DNA of 64,000 bases from a virus. Each line of letters starts with the position of its first letter. Position 1 is the first letter of the stretch. The notes below the pieces were generated by a model, which saw nothing but the letters and a program-made list of their open reading frames with translations, was not told the origin of the DNA and made no database searches. The stretch lies in the IMG/VR virus record IMGVR_UViG_3300025736_000010, positions 48,897 through 112,896 of that record. One strand, written 5' to 3'. The position numbers and the translations under genes were made by a program. Below are positions 45,633-54,483 of the stretch, piece by piece.

Positions 45633-48482
45633 ATGACAAAATTAAATAGGATAGATAGGTACTTGAGTCGGGAAGGCTGGGAAATCAGAGAGAATAGCAA
45701 TATGGGGTACTCGCTACAGGGTTTGAACGTGAGTATAACTGAAAATGAAATTTCAAAATATTGGCTGAATGAGGTATATCCCAAGGATATTAAGGAGGCG
45801 CACGAGAGCGGGGACTTTCATATTCACGACCTTGGAACGTTGGGCTCATACTGTGTGGGATGGGACTTAATGGACCTTCTTACTAAGGGATTTAAGGGTG
45901 TTCGAGGGAAGATCGAATCTCTCCCAGCAAAACATCTAAGAGTTGCGATGTTGCAGATAGTTAATTTCATGTATACGCTACAGGGGGAAACGGCAGGAGC
46001 ACAAGCGTTCTCTAATGTCGATACATTTCTTGCTGCTTTTATTAGGTCTGACAATGTTTCATACGAAGATTTGAAACAAAATGTCCAAGAATTTATATTC
46101 AATTTGAACGTCCCGACTCGCGTTGGGGCGCAAGCGCCATTCACAAACTTCACTTTAGATTTAGTCGTTCCAGACCATCTAAAGAAACTCCCAGCCATCG
46201 TTGGAGGGAAGCCGTGCGATTTTACGTATGGTGAACTACAGCATGAAGTTGACATGTTTAACAGAGCATTCGCTGAAATTATGATTGAGGGCGATGCTGG
46301 TGAAAGACCATTCACGTTCCCAATTCCCACATATAATCTAACAGAAGATTTTGACTGGGAAAACCCTATATACAATCCAATTTGGGAAATGACGGCCAAG
46401 TACGGCACCCCGTATTTTTCTAATTTTATTAACAGCGATATGAATCCCGAGGATGTCAGAAGCATGGCTATTCTTGGTTCACAGAATGTAATATATAAGA
46501 ATGGGAATGGGAGGGTTTCTATAGATGAAATTAGAAACATTGTTTCTAGGTGGATAAGCAGCAAAGAAAAACCAAGCTATAGCATACTTAATAATGGAAA
46601 ATTTGTTAGCATCTCAGACATGTTTGAAGTCCCGTATGATAAATACGATAAGTATGTGTCTATCATGCTTGATAATGGGTTGAAGCAGAATTTCTCGATG
46701 CAGCATAAATGCCCTGTGGTGCGCGACGGAGAGATAACAAACGTTGAGAGCCAAGACCTAATTGCTGGCGATATGCTTCTTTTTGCAAAAAGAGCATATG
46801 ATATAGATGAGGCAATTGGTAGCTACGAAGCCGGATTAATGGTTGGTTATTTTCTTGGAGAAGGATGGAAACAAACACATAGTGATTCTGAAATAAACTT
46901 CGCCATAAACATAGAAAGGGAAGACATAGTTAAAAGGATATATGATTTCTTTACTGCAATCGGGTGTGAAGTATCGTATTATAAACAGGAAGATGTGCAC
47001 ATATTCAAGGTTCACGTTTATGGCAGACAGGCCGTTGGGTTTGTATCTCAATATATTCGTGGTACAACAGCAAAGACAAAAAGGATAGACTATAAAACGT
47101 GGAACACAAGCCTTCTTTTTAGGGAGGGAATGTTTGAAGGATACCAAGATACTGATGGAAGTAAAAAGGTAAGAAATATAGCACACACTACTAATAAAAA
47201 GCTCGTTGAAGATCTTGTTGTCCTTTGTTCTTCTATTGGTAGAGGAGTTTCTTATTCTGTGAATAAAAACAATACCAGATACTTCAAGAAGGATAAGTCG
47301 GATTTTGAACGCTTTACAAGCTATAAGCTGGAAGAAAGAGATTACAACGATTTTAATGACGACTATTATACTGTTGATGTTAAGTCTGTTTCTTTTGAGA
47401 ACTCAAAATCGGATGTTGTTTATAATTTTACAGTTTCTACAAAAGAACATCTATATGAACTTCCTAATGGTATAGTCACACACCAATGCTGTAGGCTGCG
47501 GATCAACAACGGAGATCTATACAAAAGGGGCGGCGGGTTATTTGGAGCAAATCCCAAGACTGGAAGTTTAGGTGTAGTCACAATTAATTTGCCTAGAATT
47601 GGGTGTATCGCAGATAACGAAGAGGAGTTTTTAGATATTCTTACTGGGCTTATGTGGAAGGCAAAAGACTCTTTAGAAATTAAGAGAGAACTTCTAGAAA
47701 AGCTAACAGAACAAGGGCTTTATCCGTACTCTGAGTTTTATCTTAGAGATATTAGTGTTAGTGGGAAAGGATACTGGCATAATCATTTTTCGACAATCGG
47801 CACAATTGGGATGAATGATGCTTTGTACAATTTGCTCGATACAGATATTATGTCTGAAGAGGGGAAGGAATTTGCAATTAGGGTTTTATCGCATATGAGA
47901 GAGGTCATTTCATTGTTTCAGAACAACACTGGGAATATTTACAACTTGGAAGCAACCCCCGCAGAATCCGCAAGCTTCAAACTAGCGCTGAAAGACCTTA
48001 AATATCTTGACGACATCAAGTTTTATAACATAGACGTTGTTGGCGGGGATACTCCGTATTATACGAATTCTTCCCAATTGCCTGCATCATCTGGGCTTAA
48101 TTTATTTGATTCTCTAGATTTACAAGACGAGCTACAGGTATTGTACACTGGAGGGACTGTGTTCCATACTTTCCTTGGCGAGCGAGCGCCTGATATTGGC
48201 TCGTTGAAGGCTCTCATCAAAAAGATTGCGACAAACTATCATTTGCCTTACTTTTCCATAACTCCGACCTTTTCCGTATGCCCTAATCATGGGTACGTTG
48301 CTGGAGAACATTTGTTTTGCCCAGAATGTGAGGAAAGATGCGAGATATATTCCCGTGTTGTTGGCTACATAAGGCCGCTTGATGCGTTTAATGATGCCAA
48401 GGTCGCCGAGTTCTTCCAAAGAGACAACTATACAGTTTCTGGGGATGTTCCAGAAGACGACTTGACAAACACCAAAGAATAG
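45633..48482 (+). CDS. nrdD: Anaerobic (class III) ribonucleotide reductase with intein
   Basis: HIHDL, GAQA, FTFPIPT, spliced SMCCRL, EATPAES, YSRVVGY glycyl-radical motif; no ATP cone. Confidence 0.95.
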   Translation: MTKLNRIDRYLSREGWEIRENSNMGYSLQGLNVSITENEISKYWLNEVYPKDIKEAHESGDFHIHDLGTLGSYCVGWDLMDLLTKGFKGVRGKIESLPAKHLRVAMLQIVNFMYTLQGETAGAQAFSNVDTFLAAFIRSDNVSYEDLKQNVQEFIFNLNVPTRVGAQAPFTNFTLDLVVPDHLKKLPAIVGGKPCDFTYGELQHEVDMFNRAFAEIMIEGDAGERPFTFPIPTYNLTEDFDWENPIYNPIWEMTAKYGTPYFSNFINSDMNPEDVRSMAILGSQNVIYKNGNGRVSIDEIRNIVSRWISSKEKPSYSILNNGKFVSISDMFEVPYDKYDKYVSIMLDNGLKQNFSMQHKCPVVRDGEITNVESQDLIAGDMLLFAKRAYDIDEAIGSYEAGLMVGYFLGEGWKQTHSDSEINFAINIEREDIVKRIYDFFTAIGCEVSYYKQEDVHIFKVHVYGRQAVGFVSQYIRGTTAKTKRIDYKTWNTSLLFREGMFEGYQDTDGSKKVRNIAHTTNKKLVEDLVVLCSSIGRGVSYSVNKNNTRYFKKDKSDFERFTSYKLEERDYNDFNDDYYTVDVKSVSFENSKSDVVYNFTVSTKEHLYELPNGIVTHQCCRLRINNGDLYKRGGGLFGANPKTGSLGVVTINLPRIGCIADNEEEFLDILTGLMWKAKDSLEIKRELLEKLTEQGLYPYSEFYLRDISVSGKGYWHNHFSTIGTIGMNDALYNLLDTDIMSEEGKEFAIRVLSHMREVISLFQNNTGNIYNLEATPAESASFKLALKDLKYLDDIKFYNIDVVGGDTPYYTNSSQLPASSGLNLFDSLDLQDELQVLYTGGTVFHTFLGERAPDIGSLKALIKKIATNYHLPYFSITPTFSVCPNHGYVAGEHLFCPECEERCEIYSRVVGYIRPLDAFNDAKVAEFFQRDNYTVSGDVPEDDLTNTKE
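46467..47486 (+). mobile_element. Intein (340 aa) with LAGLIDADG domain, Ala1 and C-terminal Gln
   Basis: RSM/AILGSQ...VYNFTV...ELPNGIVTHQ/CCRL; GYFLGEG and EGYQDTDG. Confidence 0.9.
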
Positions 48483-48490
48483 TATATAAT
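48462..48490 (+). promoter_or_regulatory. Sigma70 promoter
   Basis: TTGACAAAC...TATAAT, 17-nt spacer. Confidence 0.85.
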
Positions 48491-48495
48491 GATTT

Positions 48496-48613
48496 TTGTG
48501 CGGTTGCGGCTTCTTAGGAAGATCTGACGTGCGAACGGCAGGCGGAAAGCAAGTCGATATGACCACTGCAACCCATAAGATCGGGAAGGCACGGCTCCCG
48601 GCCAGCCGCACAA
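48496..48613 (+). ncRNA. tRNA-like structured RNA, copy A
   Basis: 11-bp closing stem TTGTGCGGTTG/CAGCCGCACAA starting at the predicted +1. Confidence 0.6.
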
Positions 48614-48636
48614 TCTAAAGCAACAAGGGAGAAACC

Positions 48637-48927
48637 ATGAAAACAGTAGAAGTGCATCTGGGGTATTTCAAACAGGGGGATGATTTACAGTCCTGCATAG
48701 AGGAAGAAGGCAACAACGCAAAGGCACTTTATTTGCTTGCTGAAAGATTAGAGGGAGTCGTTAAACACATTGACAGCATTTCTAGTGTCTTCACCTCAAA
48801 AACTCACATAGATATATGTGCCGACACTCATTACATTGCTATTACATGCGAAGACGAAGTAGCGCAAAAACTAGTAGATGAGGGCTTGGCATATTTTCCA
48901 GAATACGATGAAGAAGATGGCCTATGA
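48637..48927 (+). CDS. Hypothetical protein
   Basis: AGGGAG RBS. Confidence 0.6.
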   Translation: MKTVEVHLGYFKQGDDLQSCIEEEGNNAKALYLLAERLEGVVKHIDSISSVFTSKTHIDICADTHYIAITCEDEVAQKLVDEGLAYFPEYDEEDGL

Positions 48928-49097
48928 AACTACTAACAGAAGACGTGCAAGAGATAAGGCGTTATAGCGACACGCAGGAGCAAATCGCTGAATACTTTAG
49001 TGTTGACGAAGACATGCTTGGCGCAATTGTTCCCGGCACAACATTCGCTTCGTTGAGAGAACTAAGAGAGAACGAGGATGTGTACGAAATTTACTGA
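48924..49097 (+). CDS. 57-aa stand-alone HTH resembling the HNH C-terminal module
   Basis: MKLLTEDVQEIRRYSDTQEQIAEYFSV; ATGA overlap. Confidence 0.55.
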   Translation: MKLLTEDVQEIRRYSDTQEQIAEYFSVDEDMLGAIVPGTTFASLRELRENEDVYEIY

Positions 49098-49111
49098 CAA
49101 AGGGAGATATC

Positions 49112-49435
49112 ATGGAGAAATTTGACCTCAAAACAAAATGCCATTGCCTTAACTGTGAATTTGAAGGAACATACGACGAGCTAGAATATACAGACTTTAA
49201 TCGAGGAGAGCCATCATGTCCTTATTGTGGATGCGGAGAAATTGAAGAAGGAGCCTTTACGTTGCTTTCCGACATGGTTGAAATTTCACGCGAAACACTA
49301 GAAGAACTCCGAGACTGGCTATCATATCCGCAAACAACTGGCGGTAGCTTTCCTATGGAAACACACAGAGCTGAATCAGAGGGGTTAGATCACATATATA
49401 GCGAGATAGTTGATGCGATTGAAGGAGGAGAATAA
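49112..49435 (+). CDS. Zinc-ribbon hypothetical protein
   Basis: CLNC...CPYC. Confidence 0.55.
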   Translation: MEKFDLKTKCHCLNCEFEGTYDELEYTDFNRGEPSCPYCGCGEIEEGAFTLLSDMVEISRETLEELRDWLSYPQTTGGSFPMETHRAESEGLDHIYSEIVDAIEGGE

Positions 49436-49601
49436 TGAACGAAGACGCGCTTAGTATTGCCGAATCTATCCAATATAACCTTAAGAATTTAGTTAGACTG
49501 GCTGACAATCCTTCTTATAGCACTATATATATGGTTATTTGCGGCCAGGTTGATACACTTGTAGGATTATTGGAGGATGAGTATGAAGAGGACGGTGCGT
49601 T

Positions 49602-50264
49602 ATAAATATTGTAAGGGTAGAACCTGTCTCAACCGTCGATTTTCCTGGAGAAGTATCCTCAGTGTTCTTTGCGTCTGGGTGCAATTTCCGGTGTCCATGG
49701 TGTTTCAATAAAGAGTTGGTGCCATTTGACACAGATGGACGAAAAGTGTATTCATTGGATGAAGCACTCAAGTTAGTCCCTAAACAAATAGACTGCATAG
49801 TTTTATCAGGTGGCGAGGCGTTCGCTCAAGAAGGAATCATAGAGACAATCCATGCGTTGAAAAGCAAAGGATACAGGGTAGCCGTTCATACTAACGGCAG
49901 TTTCCCAAAACTTATCGAACAGGTTATCTACTTGCTAGACTACATCGCCATGGACATAAAAGGCAAACTTAACATGTATTCAATGCGTTGTGGTACAAAT
50001 GTTAACACTACAGACATATTTGATAGTATTCAGTTGATAACAGACAGTGGCATTCCGCACGAGTTTAGGACAACGGCAGCGCCAGGAATTAGGCATTCAG
50101 AAATACACGCCATAGGTAAACTGCTTAGTGACTTAAACGCACATATATACTACTTACAACCGTATATTGAGGTGAGGGATAAGCTGAAGAATGATTATCT
50201 GACAGTTGGCGAACTTCGTGAAATTGCAAAGACGCTGCCGATAAAGACGTTGGTAAGGGGGTAA
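49602..50264 (+). CDS. nrdG: Anaerobic RNR activating enzyme (radical SAM), probable ATA start
   Basis: STVDFPG..SSVFF..GCNFRCPWC; SGGE; TNGS; AMDIK; EFRTT. Confidence 0.9.
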   Translation: MNIVRVEPVSTVDFPGEVSSVFFASGCNFRCPWCFNKELVPFDTDGRKVYSLDEALKLVPKQIDCIVLSGGEAFAQEGIIETIHALKSKGYRVAVHTNGSFPKLIEQVIYLLDYIAMDIKGKLNMYSMRCGTNVNTTDIFDSIQLITDSGIPHEFRTTAAPGIRHSEIHAIGKLLSDLNAHIYYLQPYIEVRDKLKNDYLTVGELREIAKTLPIKTLVRG

Positions 50265-50266
50265 AA

Positions 50267-50662
50267 ATGAAGATAAAGAAAGAGCCAAAGAAGCCTGCGC
50301 GGATAAAGAACAAACAATATGAGAAGGAGATATTCGAGGGAGAAAGCCTTAAATCTATAGTCGATTTTCTGGCCGAACAAGGTATTGATCTTGCGAGTGT
50401 AACGATAGACAAAAAACGCGAGTATTGGGATGATTATTATATTGTATACCTTTACTGGAAGGCTGATGAATCGGACGAAGAATTCTCCAAACGAACGAAA
50501 GCTTATAACACAAAGCTCGCAAATTATAAGAAGTGGTGCAGTGAAAACGAGTCGGAAATAAAAGCGGAAATAGAAAAGCGAGAAGAGGAAGAAGAAAAGA
50601 AACACCAAAGAGAAATAGTTAGGTTAGAGACAAAGTTAAAGAAGCTAAAGGAAGGAGAGTAA
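50267..50662 (+). CDS. Hypothetical charged protein
   Basis: Clean ORF in operon. Confidence 0.55.
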   Translation: MKIKKEPKKPARIKNKQYEKEIFEGESLKSIVDFLAEQGIDLASVTIDKKREYWDDYYIVYLYWKADESDEEFSKRTKAYNTKLANYKKWCSENESEIKAEIEKREEEEEKKHQREIVRLETKLKKLKEGE

Positions 50663-50666
50663 TAAC

Positions 50667-51017
50667 ATGAAAATAGCACAAGAAACAGCTGAGTACATCT
50701 ACAACAGACAGATATCTGACTACCCGATGTACGTTGACGAACTTGAGTCGTTCATTGCGTTTAAGATTAACGGCGGTGAAACACCAAAACATATCAAGGT
50801 TAATCTTGACCTTATTCCAGTAAAAGAATGTTTGCCTACAAACAAAGAGGCAATGTGGTGTCTTGAGATTGTACGCATAAACACATGCGGAGAACGCGAA
50901 CGTGATTTCGCTGAATATGATGATGGCCGGTGGTTGGCTGTTGACGGGACAGGCGATATATACAAAAAAGTGACTCATTGGTCAACAATCCCCGGCTTGA
51001 CAAACGCCGAAGAGTAG
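50667..51017 (+). CDS. Hypothetical protein (VTHW motif)
   Basis: IPVKECLP...VTHW; AAGGAG RBS. Confidence 0.55.
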   Translation: MKIAQETAEYIYNRQISDYPMYVDELESFIAFKINGGETPKHIKVNLDLIPVKECLPTNKEAMWCLEIVRINTCGERERDFAEYDDGRWLAVDGTGDIYKKVTHWSTIPGLTNAEE

Positions 51018-51025
51018 TGTATAAT
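50997..51025 (+). promoter_or_regulatory. Sigma70 promoter of tmRNA
   Basis: TTGACAAAC...TAGTG TATAAT. Confidence 0.85.
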
Positions 51026-51053
51026 TAGTACATATAGGAGGCAAAAAATATAT

Positions 51054-51418
51054 GGGGGCGACTTTGGAATCGAGCGGTTACAGGAAGACATGATTGCAAG
51101 CGTAGCGCCAACTACTAAACTGGCAACAAAAACAAAGTTCAACATTAAAACACTCTTCGCTAATGCGAAGGATCGAGTCGTAAGCTTCGTCAGTGGACTC
51201 TTCTCGGTCAACGCCACACTGGCAAACGCAGTACCTGTCCCAGCTTAGAGCAAGGGACCTACAGAGGCTTTCCTGGTTGAGCCAATACTAATCGACCAAG
51301 TGGTGGAACGACCGAAGCTGGTCAACCCCAAGGCATCCATGCCTAACTGGATATGCTTGTAGACGTTGTGTAGAATGTAGATCGTGACTCGGTGTTCGAA
51401 TCACCGACGCCTCCACCA
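51054..51418 (+). ncRNA. ssrA: tmRNA
   Basis: GGGGGCG/CGCCTCC acceptor with G3:U70, GGAATCGA D-region, GACTCGGTG-TTCGAAT-CACCG T arm, ACCA end, internal tag frame; 365 nt. Confidence 0.92.
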
Positions 51419-51433
51419 GAGATGGTGATAAAG

Positions 51434-52018
51434 ATGAAAACAGTTACAATAAAATGCGCTGAATGCGGGCAGTTGTTTGATAAACCCAAGAAGGAGATAA
51501 CGAGACAGAACAAAAAGGGGAATAATAGATTCTTTTGCTCGCTTTCTTGTGCCGTAATATATGGCAACAAGGGTAGAAAACTTCCAATGATAAACGTAAT
51601 GTGTGAATATTGCGGGGAAGAGTTTGAAACTTCGTCTGGGTGCAGACAAGCCAGATTCTGTTCTCGTTCATGTGCTAGCGCTGGTAGCGTTACAGATTAC
51701 CGTAGGTCAAAGCAACGCGAAGCGGGGCTAAACTCTAAGAACCGAGAGGCGCTTAGATCGCATATAGGAGACAGTCTACGCGCTAGAGAGTGGTGGAAAT
51801 ACGCAGATATTAATAGCTTTATTGACAAACGAGGCGACATGAAGAAGATGCGGATGGAAGATGTAACTCATATCTGTGCTAATGCTTGCGAATTCATTCA
51901 AGAAGCGTTGATGGAATTTGACATTTACTTATCCGATGAAAAAGAAGACAAGGTGTTCGACGCCATCTTAGCAATCCTTGAACTTGAAGGCGAAGGGGAT
52001 TACAAGAGCTATAATTAA
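51434..52018 (+). CDS. Double zinc-finger protein fused to an acidic small domain
   Basis: CAECG...FCSLSC and CEYCG...FCSRSC; internal GAGG+ATG at 51839. Confidence 0.6.
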   Translation: MKTVTIKCAECGQLFDKPKKEITRQNKKGNNRFFCSLSCAVIYGNKGRKLPMINVMCEYCGEEFETSSGCRQARFCSRSCASAGSVTDYRRSKQREAGLNSKNREALRSHIGDSLRAREWWKYADINSFIDKRGDMKKMRMEDVTHICANACEFIQEALMEFDIYLSDEKEDKVFDAILAILELEGEGDYKSYN

Positions 52019-52028
52019 GGGAGGATTT

Positions 52029-53796
52029 ATGAAATTAGAAGCGGGAGACGTAGTAAAGGCAACATCTTTAATGGGAGAATGTTGGCAGCATAGTGAACGC
52101 GGAGAATGTCTGGGAGAAAACGTAACAGTAATCGGACCTAAAGACAATGGCTATGAGGTTAACGTATTCTTAGGCGGAGAACTAAAATCGTTCGTATTTG
52201 CACCAAGCGAATTATCGGAACTAGACTGATGAAAAAGTGGATTGCTGCATCAGGTGTCTCGAAAATGCTCAATTGCAACGTATATACTGTATATAAAGCC
52301 GCAAGTAATGGCAAATGGGAATATAAGATGGGAAAGCCTCCGAAGGGTGGGGGTAAAAGCCCGAAGTTGTACCTATCCTCAGATGCTATGTCGTGGAAGA
52401 AAATGCTCGATAGCAACAAGGCTGGTAACGGGACGAACAGTGCTTTTGGCGATATTCTAAAGTTGGTTAAGTGGGCGGATGCACTTTCTGCTTATCCGAG
52501 TGACGCAGAAATCGAAAAGCACACCACATTCACCTATAGAGTTCCTGATATTGTGAGCGTTATTGAGAATAGGGTTGCGAGAGGATTCGCTGAGTTAAAG
52601 ATGGTATAAGGGAGATAATATGAAATCTACAGCCGTTATTGGTCTATTGGTTGTTTTTGGCGGACTTGTCCTGTTGAGCGCTGTTCCCGTGTGGCTATTG
52701 TGGAATGGAGTGCTAGTAAATGTAGTCTCAGGGGTTTCAGAGGTTAGTTTCTGGCAGGCGTTGGGGATGACGTTCCTTTGTTCGATGTTGTTTAAGTCTT
52801 ACAATACGACGGCAAAATAAAAGGAGGCAACAATGGAAAAGACACTTAGGGTGATCGCGGAGTGCTTTGCTAATAGGATTGACAAGATTGACCAGAATAT
52901 TGTAGGGATACTAAGAGAACCTGCGCTATGGTTCTCTCCTAAAATCAGGCGAGATCAGAAACGCATAAAAGACTTGAGGTTTCGCAAAATGATACTATTA
53001 GACATTAGCATAGCGTTAACAAGTGCGTCGATTGAGCTTGGAAAAGAGAAATAATGGGCATTGAAAGCACTAGATATATCACAAGAGAAGATGCTATTGA
53101 TAGGATTAAAGGCATGTCTCAGTTATTCATAGAGCGCAATTATTTGGAAATAGAGGCGCATTCATTTGAACAAGGCATAGGAGGTGGGAGAATGCTGGAA
53201 TTCGTTGATAATTGGAATCCTGATGAGGTTTATGGATTTGAAAATTGGACGGATGAAATGCTTGGTAACTATATGGACAATCCGTTTTTCAGGTATGCGA
53301 TGTTTGAGAATTACTTGATTGAGGAGGAAAACAAATGACACAAAAAGAAATAAACGCAATGACAGATGAGGAGTTACGTGTCAAGGCTGATGAATTACTC
53401 CACCCTGGCAATAGAATCAACTTCTTTTGTGATAAATTGGCTAGATTCTATCCTGGCGACTACGAAGAATATGATTGGGTCCCAGATTATCCTAACGATA
53501 TAGCAGCAGCGCGGGGGTTGGTTGATCTTGTATTTGCCGACAACAACGCAGACCAGATGGAGTATCACGAGTTCTACTTGGATAATTCACATCTTATACA
53601 TGTTGGGGCAAAGCCATTTTTAGAACACAGTTTAGCGGAAAGATACATTCAGGCATTATGTGAGGTTGTTGATGTACGTCCACTTGGCTTGGCTTACTCC
53701 GATTTTGGGTCTGTGTCTTACGGCGATCTGTCTAAATTAATCTATGCGCATCCAAACACAATCACAAAAGCGTTCATACTTGCATCGACGGGTTGA
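52029..53796 (+). other. Run of six small hypothetical genes (52029, 52229, 52620, 52833, 53054, 53335)
   Basis: Head-to-tail ORFs with RBSs or overlaps; 52229 HTH-like, 52620 membrane protein. Confidence 0.55.
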
Positions 53797-53819
53797 TAAG
53801 CTGGAAGAAACACTAATAC

Positions 53820-53848
53820 TTGACAAATAGCATAAAATAGTGTATAAT
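53820..53848 (+). promoter_or_regulatory. Sigma70 promoter
   Basis: TTGACAAAT...AATAGTG TATAAT. Confidence 0.85.
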
Positions 53849-53856
53849 GATAGATG

Positions 53857-53933
53857 CAGGCGGCCTAAGTCGTGGGTCATATTGATCCATCTCATGGAAC
53901 GATGCGGGTCGCCTGACAAAATAACCATGAGGT
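53857..53933 (+). ncRNA. Structured pseudoknot leader RNA, copy 2
   Basis: Same topology as 37842-37920 with compensatory changes. Confidence 0.6.
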
Positions 53934-53940
53934 GTTAGGA

Positions 53941-54483
53941 ATGAAGGAGATGGAAAATTGGAAAGACGTAGTTGGCTATGAAGGATGGTATGAGATTAGT
54001 GATTGGGGGAATGTCAAGAGGGTAAAGAAATGGAAAGGCGCAGTTGTGGGGAGGGTTCTCAGGAATCAGACAGATAAGTATGGATACAGGAGTGTCTATC
54101 TCAATAGAGACGGGAGCCGCAGGTTTTTCAGAATCCATCGTCTAGTCGCGGCGGCGTTTATTGGTGTATGCCCTGACGGCAAGGAAGTTAATCATAAAGA
54201 TGGGCGTAAGGCGAATAACCATTTAGAGAATCTTGAATATGTAACATCGTCTGAAAACCAACGCCATTCGTATGCCATGGGATTAAGGTCTAATCGCGGG
54301 GAGAAGGCGCCAAACAGCAAGTTGAAAGAAGAAGATGTGCGTAAGATAATTCTGCGTATTGGGAAAGAAACGCATAAATCAATCGCTGCGGATTTTAACG
54401 TAGGGAGATCGACCATTGCTGCTATTGCGTGCGGTCAAAATTGGGCGTATCTAAAAGAGGAGGACGATGACGAACGAACTTAA
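53941..54483 (+). CDS. NUMOD4-HNH homing endonuclease with C-terminal HTH
   Basis: WKDVVGYEGWYEISDWG; VNHKDGRKANNHLENLEY. Confidence 0.9.
   Translation: MKEMENWKDVVGYEGWYEISDWGNVKRVKKWKGAVVGRVLRNQTDKYGYRSVYLNRDGSRRFFRIHRLVAAAFIGVCPDGKEVNHKDGRKANNHLENLEYVTSSENQRHSYAMGLRSNRGEKAPNSKLKEEDVRKIILRIGKETHKSIAADFNVGRSTIAAIACGQNWAYLKEEDDDERT

Noticed and set aside
48560-48575. tRNA-Cys from CTGCAA
   Set aside because: No anticodon stem or canonical cloverleaf spacing
53857-53915. Twister ribozyme (GCCTAA...GCGGG resemblance)
   Set aside because: Lacks the twister loop and pseudoknot partners; copy 1 lacks the UAA
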